Assembly: GCF_035084215.1 (NCBI RefSeq)
Contig: NC_090331.1
Span: 56,730,001-56,794,000, forward strand
Length of the DNA stretch: 64,000 nucleotides
Source: Heptranchias perlo
Lineage: Eukaryota
Direction: 5' to 3'
This document shows positions 1-12,400 of the stretch, piece by piece (the stretch's first letter is position 1; every line of letters starts with the position of its first letter). The notes beneath the pieces are model-generated. The model was given only the letters and a program-made list of their open reading frames with translations. It ran no database searches and was not told the origin of the DNA. A program made the position numbers and the translations under genes.

Positions 1-381
1 TTTATGACAATCTTAAGGGCAATTTTGTTTTCTTTCAAATAGCCGTATGCACATTTTCTTCAATTTTTATACTAATTACACAACAATAAAGTACAAATTA
101 ACTGATTGTAATCAGACTTCCACAATTAAACAAAAACCTTCTCTAAAAGATGGGGAACAACACAAACAAACACATACAAAGAGACCTAAATTCATGCAAC
201 AGTTTGGCAAAAATCAATAAATAAAAGACACTGAAATAAATCATAGTAATTATAAAAGAAAAAGAACAATTACAAAGGAGGGATTATTTAAAGAAAAAAT
301 TTATAAAGAATAAAATGATAATAGCACAGATCACAAAAATCACACTTGTTAAAAAACACAAGGTTCCATTCATTTCTGTAC

Positions 382-447
382 CTTTTCTGACATAAACTTC
401 CTCTTCAAAAGAAACATGTTCAGTAATCTTCGTGCGAGCCTCAGTAA
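382..447 (-). CDS. TTN: Probable titin PEVK-region exon (66 nt)
   Basis: ttttaaag|...[23 protein letters not shown]|gtacag; phase 1-1, long pyrimidine tract. Confidence 0.7.
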
Positions 448-3400
448 CTTTAAAAAAACATTTTTATTTTACACCACTATTACTTCAGTTAAAAAAATAT
501 GAATCTTGCAGAAAAAGTGCATTTAAAAAATGCGAATGAAAGCCTATAACGTGCTGATCCTGTTTCAGTGAATTGACCAAATAAAAAGCACTGAACGGGA
601 GATTCCTCCCAAAAGTACGATGAGTGTCAAGGGCACCCACTTAAAACAGGCGTTAGGCACCTTGAATATGCTAATCAAGTGCCTAATGCCTTTTTAAGGA
701 CCCCAATACTCTGCTCAGTTTTCAAGGGTCCACAGTGGCCTAACCAGCAGTGTTTAAATAGACCACTGAGGGCTGCTGAAGAAAAGGCAAGTTTTATGTT
801 TCTTTACTTGCCTTAATGTGGAGCCAGAAGGGGCAGCAGTGCTTCTCCTGGATTCACAGCAATGCTGCAGGCCAATGTCAGCCTGTGCTCACCCCCCTCC
901 AGTTTGCCTCACCCCGACTGAAGAACTTGCATGACGGTTGGATACCCATTGGAGCCTGCTGAATTTTCCAGGGCCCGACCTGTGAGCTGCATTGGGACGC
1001 TCGATAGACGTCTACAGCTCGCCCGTTTTATGTAGATGAAGCCCGATGTCCAATTTCTGGTGAGCATCAGTGTCACAGTGTGGTATAAGCTGAAAACAGC
1101 CCAGAAAAACTACAATTTTTCCCACAACTGCCGATTTTTAATTTTTGCTGGTGGTGGAAAAGTAGCAGTAGCGGATTGGCCGCCCATTATACACCCCACC
1201 TGACTAAAGTCAATGGGAAAGAAAATCGGGGGGTGGGGGGGAACGGGCAGCCCATCCGGCACCTGGAGTTCTCCATTACCCACAAAAGTAAAAATTACTT
1301 CTGAATACACAGTATTCACAGTATAGACAGTACAAATATTTCTATTAAAGGCACACATCTTATGCAGACATGCTGTTTATAAAAACATTATGCTGTAAAT
1401 GTTATTACACATTTTGATAGAGGAAAACCATTCTTAATGACACATGAAACTTTTCAGGTGCAGTTGACTAGACAACTTCAGAAAGTCTAAATTTGTTTTT
1501 ATGGAACTGGCATAACATGAAGAAATTACATAGTCAAAGTATGTTTCCATGATGCTGTTTTAGAATGCTGGAATATTTAAGATTTAGTTAGCTCCTTAGC
1601 TTATTAAAACACAAAGGATATAAATATGTTACCTCTTTCTTCTATCCATTCTTCTTCTATAACAGAGATGAGGAAAAATATGTAAATAACAAATAATTCT
1701 TGCAAATTCAAGGAAGATACATTTATATAGCTTACTAAAAAGATCACAACGAAAGACACAGGACAGGAAGGAACTTCAAACATTCAGCTAAAAGGTGTGT
1801 ACATGAATCCAAAATGTGATTTTGATGAATAAACAATAATTAATTACAATTTTCATTTTGCAACTCTTTTGGCAAAAAAAATGAAATCTATAGATTCTAC
1901 AATTGAACCAATACCCTTTTGATAATACATTCCTAAGCTAACTGCTCTTTTACCTGTAAATGGCATTTTTTCAACTTGAATTCCAATATCAGGAACATCT
2001 AAAGAATTACAAAAGGAGGAATAATTATTTTCGATTCATTCTTCCTGAGGACCCATTTTCTTACTATTTTATTGAACAATTTAATGCAAGAAATGAAATG
2101 AAATTTCTAACCAGTATTTTAGATTTTAAAATCTGACCTACATCTTGAGAAAATGTAAAAAAAATATTACCATCAATGACAAACAGTAATGTTAGAGGCA
2201 GCTTTTAAATTACTGATCACCAGTGAATCTTGTGCGTGCATACTGTTTTAAAGTTAAAATAAAGAAAAAAACAAATACTAGCTTGTTTTAAATATTTTTG
2301 TAATATAAGTTATTTAATACAGCCATCGTTTACTATTGCTTAACAAAGTTCTGATATTTTAACTAAAAGACGAGATGAAAACAGTTAGTTCTGCTTATAC
2401 TTTATTGCAATATTAAGGAAAATTTAAGAACTGGAATATAAGATTTTTAACAGATTACACACCAGGTTTCCTGGGCTGTAAGATGATTTCTGTAAACAAC
2501 AGATTTTAGCATTAGTGAAAATTAATAAAACAATAAAGGAAATGTTTTTGTTTCATTAAAAAAGTGCATTAATTTCAAATGTACCTACCTTGGCTTGATA
2601 CACAAAGTTCTGCAGTACTTTTAGCTTCACCTCTTGGCTCAAGTTGAGCAATTACTGAATAAACCCCTGAAAAATAGAATTTTGTACTGCTGTATTTACC
2701 TTTACTTTATTTGAAATAAGTACTACATAATATTTGCAGCACATAAACAGGCCATTTGGCCCAATAGGTCTATGCCGGTGTTTATGCCCCACACGAGCAT
2801 CCTCCCACCTTTTTCACCTCACCCCTTTCAAAGTATCCTTCTATTCCTTTCTCCCTGCTTATCGAGCTTCCTCTTAAATGCTATTCACCTCAACTACTTC
2901 ATGTGGTAGCAAGTTTCACATTCTAACCACTCTCTAAGTAAAGATGTTTCTCCTGAATTCCTAACTGGATTTATTAGTGGCTATCTCATATTTATGATCC
3001 CTAGCTTTGGACTCCCCCACAAGTAGAAACATCGGGGGTGATTTTAAACCGCAAGAACGGGTGGGTTGGGGGCGGCTGGGAGTTGAAAATAGTTGTTTTT
3101 TTGGGTCACAACCGCAAGATTTTTGGACTTGGATTCCCAGTGGAAAGCCTGTACTTTTCCGTGCCAACATTAAACCCGGAAAAAAAGCCGAGTTGCAGTT
3201 GTGACCCAAAAAACGACTATTTTCAACTCACACCCGCCCCCAACCCACCAGTTCTTGGGGTTTAAAATCGCCCCCATCATCTCTACATCTACCCTATCAA
3301 ACCCCTTCATAATTTTAAAGACCTCTATCAGGTCATCTCTCAGCCTTCTCTTTTCTAGAGAAAAGAGCCCCAGCCTGTTCAGTCTTTCCTGATAATTATA

Positions 3401-6400
3401 ACCTCTCAGTACTGATATCATCCTTGTAAGTCTTTTTTGCACTTTCATCCAGTGCCTCTACATCCTTTTGTAATAGACCAGAACTGAGCACAGTACTGTG
3501 TGTGGTCTAGCCAAGGTTCTATTTAAGTTTAATATAAATTCTCTGCTTTTGAATTCTATTCCTCTAGAAATTAACTTTGTTTGCAGGTAGATAAGTAAGA
3601 TAGATAGATAACTACTGTAATAAAAAGAACACATTTGGTGACTACACTAAATGCACCTTCATCTTCTGTTGTGACATTATGGATAGTCATAAAATTTCGG
3701 CGCCCATCTCTTCTGAAGCTGTATTTTGGGCTTTCTTTCAGCACCATTGTATCTTTAAACCAAGTTACAATGGCATCATCAAAAGACACTTCACATTCAA
3801 ATACAGCTGACTCATGTTCATTCACCACAATATCCTGGATTGCCTTCGTGAATTCAATTGGCTGAGCTATAACACACAAGAGCAAAAACAATTCAATACT
3901 TAATACTTAATAATACTTCATAAAACCTAATCAGCATAATACTTAATAAAACCTAATCAGCAAAGTACAATTCGGTTAAGACTTTTTGATAGAACTACAA
4001 ACCTTCAACAATTAGATCAGCAGATGTTTCAAGACCTTCATAACTGCAAGTAAATCGGCCTTGATCTTCTGGTTTCAAGTCACTAATTGTGACTTTCTGC
4101 AATTTATCCACAACATCTATGGAATATCTGCCTCGTCCCTCAATCCTGTTACCATTTCTAAACCACTCAGTTTTCAGGTTTGGTAGGGAGAACTGGCAAA
4201 CCATGATGCAAATATGACCTTCCTTACCGGAAAGATTCTCAAGGTGTTGTTCAACTATAGGTTCTGGAGAACACAAACAAATGCAAATGAGTTAGATGAG
4301 TTAAAAAAATGGAAACAACATTCAGAATTAAAAGTATAAATACTGCTTACCAACAACAGTCAGTTTTGCACTAGAGATGTGTGGGCCACAGACAATGCGG
4401 AAGTTGCCTTGATCTTGCAGTGCACAGTTTTTGACCTTTAGGCGATGAATATCACCATCAATGCTAATTTCATACTTGTTATTTGATTCCAACTTTTCAG
4501 TCCCTTTATACCAGGAAAGCTTGATTTCTGGATAGTTTATCTTTATCACACATTCAAACACTGCATCTACATTTGTACGTACAATTTGATCTTCAATATC
4601 TTTGATTAATTGAATGGGCTGCAGAGAGGACAAACATTTTTGTAAATATTTATTTCAAACAGAACACTGTGAAACACAACACTGTGAACACAACTTGTGG
4701 TCACTATTATTTTATCATAGAACAGATCTTACCTCAACCCTTTCTATTCTTTGCTGAATATACTGGATTAGTTCATTAAACTCATCTTCTTCAGGGCCTC
4801 GCTCATACTCTTCCAACTCCTTAATAAAGCACCAAAAAATTAAAAGCAGTGACAAAAAAGCCCAGCATAATAATCATATAAGATTTTTATTCTGCATAAA
4901 ATCTATAGCTTGTTCCACTGTACTAGTACACATAGAAATAATCATAAAGTTACTCACCACTCTGTGAGTTTCATCCCCTTTGCTGGCTTTCAGTTGTTCA
5001 ATGGCTTGAAGAAGACCACGGAAATCAGTAATTCTATACATACGGGCATACTTTTCATATTCCTTAGGATCGACATTCCTTAGAAGTTCTACAATGTCAA
5101 TATCCTTGTCTAATTCTTCTTCCTTTTGCTTGGAAGGTGTTCTTTTAAAATAAACAGCAAATATTAATGCCTTTTAACTGCATTTAAAATAAAATGTACA
5201 TTTAATAAAATTTATAAATTAATGGACCAAAACTAACATCAATAAGAAGTATTACTGTGAAATTAATTTTTTCTTCCAATCATTACATAAAATAGAATAA
5301 ATAATCAAGAACAAAGCTGCCAAACTAAAGAAAAAGATTCAGTTACATTAAGCTTTATAAACATTCACATTCTTTTCTGGCAAACAGGTGAAATATTCAT
5401 AAAATGAAAAACACTACTTTTAAATATCATCTGCTCACTCATATTTTGAATCAGAACTTTATCAATCTTATTTAATCTAAAATACTTACTTCTTCAGTTT
5501 AGCTCTGAAGTCTGTTTCAACAATAATTTCCTTCTTCTCCTCAATTTCTAAGTTTGCACTGCTTTCAATTTCACCAAATTTGTTAGATGCTACGCATCTG
5601 TACTGTCCAGAGTCAGTTTTTACCACTTCTTTGATTTCCAGTTTGGCTTCTTGTCCCTTTTGTTGTACAATAACTCGGCCACCATGGTTCATCTGCTTCC
5701 ATTTGCCTTTCATCCATTTAACATTTGGAATTGGGTCACCACCAACCTTTGCAATAAATGTTGCTATACCCTCTGGAATGCAAAATATAATCAAGAACAA
5801 TGATAACTACTTTAAAACTTTTACTCTCCCTATTTTCTCCTGCCAAAAACCTATGCCCTAATTCTTTGCTGCTCTCTTTAATTGGGAAATTGGATACAGC
5901 TCCAACATTTTAGTTAACCCTTTAGGTGGTGCACAGTAATGAAATCCTGTAAAGTATTCTCTTCCTTCCAGAAGATCCGTGAAGCTTTTTTTCTCAAGAA
6001 GCTTGTGTGTAAATTTACTTTCAGACTGAAATTCAAACTAATACCTTCTAGCTGACAGTCAAATGGTATAGCATTGTAATTATTTGGCCATTTTTGCTTT
6101 AAAATATTTTGCATCTTTCAGAAATGTTTCTTTTTAACAAACATTACACATTAGAGGAACTATTCCACAGTGGACTTACTTTCTGGTACTTTCATATTCT
6201 TTGGTTTCTCAATGAAGAAGATCCTGTCCCGCTGTGATGGAGAAACTGCTTTCTTTGCGACAGCTTTTTCTAAACCAGAACAATTTAAAAGAATTTCAAA
6301 TGTCAGAATTTTAGTATTTAAATGTCAAATTTCTCACAAGTAAACAAGCTGAATGACTAAGCAGAGTGTACATAAAAAGAAACATCAGTAATTATTTATT

Positions 6401-9400
6401 TTATTGTCAATATTAAAAACAACAAAAATCTTCATGAAGACGTAATATTCTGGCAAAGCATTGCAGGGTGCATTTACACTACAGGTTTGACCTCACCACA
6501 ATGTAGTTTTCACTATATGTGATGTAAATCTGGAGATAGGGTCTAATCTGACTCTACAGTGGAGCAGCAAGACACCATCCTCCAGAGTCTCCTTCCACTT
6601 AGCTCTGCAGTCAGGTCAGGTCTTGAGTCTAAATTTAGGCTGCATGAACTTATATTTCATCAATGCCACCAATATTAAAAAGCAGCAACACTTGATCAGA
6701 GAATTGCATCTGATACTTTGTGGCTTAGTGCAGTTCTTCCTGACCCCAAATGAATTCAACAATCAAGGTGGGGTAAAGTTTGTGTAGAGTGCGATATATT
6801 TAGTCTATGTGGAGGTTGTAGGGGGTGTCTTTATATTTCATCCCATTTCTCTTTAGTGAATGGATGGCTTGAACCTCATTTGCAGGACAAGCTTTTTATT
6901 TTGTCTGTTCACATAGAGATAACAGTGGTACATGGTGTTGAGCAGCTGCAGCTCCACAACAGTATGAGTTGAATCTGTGGTGTCACTGCATCTTTGAGAA
7001 AATGCCAGATATGAAAACATTGGATCAAGTTGAATGAAATGAAATGTAATTTTTCAGCTAACTCAAAATTCATGATCTGGCCCTTGAGGAAAACATGGTC
7101 TAGCCTGGTGATGCCTTTCTTCTGCTAGGTTTTGAATCTACTCGGCAATTGATAGTAGCTCAGTTGCTAAATTTAAATGAGATAGATAGCTTTTTGGCAA
7201 CCAAAGGTATTAAGGGATATGGGCCAAAGGCAGGTATATGGAGTTAGATCACAGATCAGCCATGATCGTATCAAATGGCGGAGCAGGCACGAGGGGCTGA
7301 ATGGCCTACTCCTGTTCCTATATTCCCATGTTCCTATGTTACTCAAAGTGATTGTGGGATTTTTTCCGCCTGATATACACTTCTCTCCAGCTGATAACAT
7401 CAGAACAACTGTGGGGTTTCCTCTAGTCTCTTCAAAGTGTCTATGAAAGGCAATCTACCATTTGGGTCTGGGGAGTTGAAAGTGGACATTAATGCATCAA
7501 TTTAGATATCTAAAGCCTGCTTCCAACCACACAAAATGGATGAATTAGAAATAATAAATCTGTGAAGAAGTTCCATTAGCACCTCTGTATTGACAATATA
7601 CAAGAAACTTTCATCTCTTTACCCAGCTGTGGGTGTTGTGGGGAGACCATGTTGCAGGACATGGTTCCTCAAGGTTGGGTTGTTGAGAAGTAGAATGAGG
7701 CTTGGGAGCCTGTAGATGACTGAGATGTATTTGTGGTCGCTTGCTTGCTACAGGAATTTTGAGATGTGCTTAGTAAAGTCCCAGAATTGCTTCATTGGTC
7801 GGACCTCTGGCAGGTGTGCCATTGGTCAGTCCTCTGCAGTGTGTACCATCCACAGGATGCACAGCAGCAACTCGCCAAGGCTTCTTCAACAGCACCTCCC
7901 AAACCCGCGACCTGTATCACCAAGAAGGACAAGGGCAGCAGGCACATGGGAACAACACCATCTGCACATTCCCCTCCAAGTCACACACCATCCTGACTTG
8001 GAAATATATCGCCGTTCTTTCATCGTCGCTAGGTCAAAATCCTGGAACTCCCCACCTAACAGCACTGTGGGAGAACCTTCACCAGATGGACTGCAGCGGT
8101 TCAAGAAGGTGGCTCACCACCACCTTCTCAAGGGCAATCGGGGATGAACAATAAATGCTGGCCTTGCCAGCGACGCCCCCATCCCATGAGCGAATTTTTA
8201 AAAAGGCACCATTTGGAAGAGGGGAGGTGGTACATTCACGCTCACTGACTTTTCCCTTTCCAAGAGTAACAGGCTGCTCCATATGGTAAGGTCAGTGTGT
8301 TTGCTTGGGAAGCAGAGTGAAGTTTCTATTGTACAGGGTTGAAAATGGATATTACTATATCAATTGAGATATCTGAAGCCTGCTTCCAACCATGCAAACA
8401 GATGTAGATTAGATATGATAAACCTGTGAAAGAGCTCAAATAAGAACATAAGAACATAAGAAATAGGAGCAGGAGTAGGCCAATCGGCCCCTCGAGCCTG
8501 CTCCGCCATTCAATAAGATCATGGCCGATCTGATCCTAACCTCAAATCTAAATTCATGTCCAATTTCCTGCTCGCTCCCCGTAACCCCTAATTCCCTTTA
8601 CTTCTAGGAAACTGTCGATTTCTGTTTTAAGTTTATTTAATGATGTAGCTTCCACAGCTTCCTGGGGCAGCAAATTCCACAGACCTACTACCCTCTGAGT
8701 GAAGAAGTTTCTCCTCATCTCAGTTTTGAAAGAGCAGCCCCTTATTCTAAGATTATGCCCCCTCGTTCTAGTTTCACCCATCCTTGGGAACATCCTTACC
8801 GCATCCACCCGATCAAGCCCCTTCACAATCTTATATGTTTCAATAAGATCGCCTCTCATTCTTCTGAACTCCAATGAGTAGAGTCCCAATCTACTCAACC
8901 TTTCCTCATATGTCCGCCCCCTCATCCCTGGGATTAACCGAGTGAACTTTCTTTGTACTGCCTCGAGAGCAAGTATGTCTTTTCTTAAGTATGGACACCA
9001 AAACTGTATGCAGTGTTCCAGGTGCGGTCTCACCAATACCTTATATAACTGCAGCAATACCTCCCTGTTTTTATATTCTATCCCCTGAGCAATAAAAGCC
9101 AACATTCCGTTGGCCTTCTTGATCACCTGCTGCACCTGCATACTAACTTTTGATTTTCTTGCACTAGGACCCCCAGATCCCTTTGTACTGCAGTACTTTC
9201 CAGTTTCTCGCCTTTAAGATAATAACTTACTCTCTGATTTTTCCTGCCAAAGTGCATAACCTCACATTTTCCAATATTGTATTGCATCTGCCAAATCTCC
9301 GCCCACTCACCCAGCCTGTCTATATCCCCCCGTAGGTTTTTTATGTCCTCCTCACTCTCCACTTTCCACTTTCCCTCCCATCTTTGTATCATCTGCAAAC

Positions 9401-12400
9401 TTTGATATGTTACACTCGGTCCCCTCCTCCAAATCGTTAATATAGATTGTAAAGAGTTGGGGACCCAGCACCGACCCCTGCGGAACACCACTGGCTACTG
9501 GTTGCCAGTCCGAGAATGAACCATTTATCCCAAATCTCTGCTTCCTGTTAGATAACCAATCCTCCACCCATGCCAGAATATTACCCCCAATCCAGTGATT
9601 CTTTATCTTGAGCAATAATCTTTTATGTGGCACCTTGTCTTCTGGAAGTCTAAATACACTACGTCCACTGGGTCCCCTTTATCCACCCTGTACATTATGT
9701 CCTCAAAGAACTCAAGCAAATTTGTCAGACATGACTTCCCCTTCGTAAAGCCATGCTGACTTTGTCCTATTAAATTATGTTTATTCAAATGTTCCGCTAC
9801 TGTCTCCTTAATAATAGACTCCAAAATTTTACCCACCACAGACGTTAGGCTAACTGGTCTATAATTTCCAGCCTTCTGCCTACTACCCTTTTTAAATAAG
9901 GGTGTTACATTAGCAGTTTTCCAATCTGCCGGGACCTTTGCCGAGTCCAGAGAATTTTGGAAAATTATTACCAAAGCATCCACAATCCCTACTGCCACTT
10001 CCCTCAAGACCCTCGGATGTAAGCCATCAGGTCCAGGGGATTTATCCGCCTTGAGTCCCATTATTTTACTGAGTACCAATTCCTTAGTGATTTTAATCGT
10101 ATTTAGCTCCTCCCCCCCTCGAGCCCCCTGTTTGTCCAGTATTGGGATATTCTTAGTGTCCTCTACCGTAAAGACTGAAACAAAATATTTGTTCAGCATT
10201 TTTGCCATCTCCATGTTTCCCACCATTAATTTCCTGGTCTCATCCTCTAAGGGACCTACGTTTGCCTTAGCCACCTTTTTCTTTTTATATAACTATAGAA
10301 ACTCTTGCTATCTGTTTTTATATTTTTTGCTCATTTATTTTCATAATCTATCTTCCCTTTCTTAATCAATCCTTTAGTTACTTTTTGCTGTCTTTTGAAG
10401 ACTTCCCAATCTTCTATCCTCCCACTAAGTTTGGCAACTTATATGTCCTTGTTTTTAGTCGGATACTGTCCTTAATTTCTTTACTTAGCCACGGATGGCT
10501 GTCATTTCTTTTACACCCTTTTTTCCTCAGTGGAATATATATTTTTGAAAGTTGTAAAATAACTCCTTGAATGAACACCACTGCTCATGTACCGTCTTAC
10601 CCTTTAATCTATTTTCACAGTCCACTTTAATCAATTCCGCTCTCATACCATCATAGTCTCCATTATTCAAGCTCAGTACGCTTGTTTGAGAACCAACCTT
10701 CTCACCCTCTAATTGGATATGGAATGTAACCATGTTATGGTCACTCATTCCAAGGGGATCCTTAACTAGGACATTATTAATTAATCCTGGCTCATTACAC
10801 AGGACCAGGTCCAAGGTTGCTTGCCCCCTTGTAGGATCAGTTACATACTGCTCAAGAAATCCATCCCTAATACACTCAATAAACTCTTCCTCAAGGCTGC
10901 CCTGCCCAATTTGATTTGTCCAGTTAATATGATAGTTAAAATCCCCCATAATTATTGCTGTTCCCTTATTACATGCCCCGACTATTTCCTGATTAATACT
11001 TCTTCCAGCAGAGTTGCAACTATTAGGAGGCCTATATCCTACGCCCACTAGTGTTTTTTCCCCTTATTATTCCTTATCTCTACCCAAACTGTTTCATTAT
11101 CCTGATCCTTTGTCCCAATATCATTTCTCTGTATTACAGTGATTCCTTCGTTTATTAACATAGCCACCCCACCTCCCCTTCCTTCCTGCCTGTCCTTCCT
11201 GATTGTTAAATACCCTGGCATATTTAATTCCCAGTCGTTGTCACCCTGCAGCCATGTTTCTGTAATGGCCACAAGATCATACCCATACGTAGTTATTTGT
11301 GCCGTTAACTCGTCCATTTTGTTACGAATGCTACGTGCATTCAGATAAAGAAGTTTCAAATATGTTTTGTGACACTTAGTTCCTGCTTTTTCCTTTTTTA
11401 ACACTTTACCTTTTACTCCATACCTTCTGTCCCTTCCTGACACGCTTTCCTCTGTCTCCCTGCTCAGGTTCCCAACCCCCTGCCACAGCTTTGATGCTGG
11501 GTTACTCGCCTTACGCCTTCTAGTTTTTATTTTTTCTGTCGTGCCTAAAGTACACTTTCTTTCCGCTGCTCTACGCTTTTCCCTTTCACTTGTTCTTGAA
11601 CAACTGTTTGTCCTATTTGTATTGTAGATTTCCCCTGGGTCTTCCCCTCTCTTGCTGCTCTCAATTTTATTCCCTTCTGACTCCCCGCTCAGGTTCCCAT
11701 CCCCCTGCCACTCTAGTTTAAACCTTCCCCAACAGCACTAGCAAACACCCCCGCGAGGACATTGGTCCCGGTTCTGCTCGGATGTAACCCGTCCCGCTTG
11801 TACAGGTCCCACCTTCCCCAGAACCGGTCCCAATGTCCCAGGAATCTAAATCCCTCCCTCCTACACCATCCCTGCAGCCACGCATTCATCCTGTCTATTC
11901 TCCTGTTCCTATACTCACTAGCACGTGGCACCGGTAGTAATCCTGAGATCACTACCTTTGAAGTCCTGCTTTTTAATTTATCTCCTAACTCCTTAAATTC
12001 GCCTTGCAGGACCTCATCCCTTTTTTTTACCTATGTCGTTGGTACCAATATCGACCACGGCTACTGGCGGTTCACCCTCCCCCTCCAGAATGCCCTGCAG
12101 CCGCTCCGTGACATCCTTGACCCTAGCACCAGGGAGGCAACATACCATCCTGGAGTCACGTTGTATTGACATCTCCAATATGCTACAATGTTTACAAAGC
12201 ATGCTAGCAAGTCTACTGGTGGAAAATTTATGCTGACTATCTTCTTTTTATTACATACTTAAAATTGCAGTATTCCTCTCTGTGTCTTTCTATAACTAAC
12301 ACAGATTCAGTTGTAATATCTCATCTCTGTGGGATTTGCTAATAAAACTTTCCAGGGAATCATGACAAGTAAGCATTGCAATCATTAAAAATTCAGAGAG

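Noticed and set aside
138-142. Possible tiny exon between AG and GT
   Set aside because: 5 nt would break the frame and the donor is poor.
595-1290. GC-richer island resembling a promoter or gene
   Set aside because: Resembles the other decayed GC-rich intronic transposon remnants; no coherent ORF, and boundaries could not be fixed.
3893-3962. Short tandem duplication (taatactt/aaaacctaatcagc) near the I83 acceptor
   Set aside because: Looks like local slippage; no evidence of function.
8554-12202. RT, endonuclease and esterase ORFs as a novel RT-linked system or active element
   Set aside because: Standard CR1 ORF1/ORF2 layout with several frameshifts, deletions and 5' truncation.
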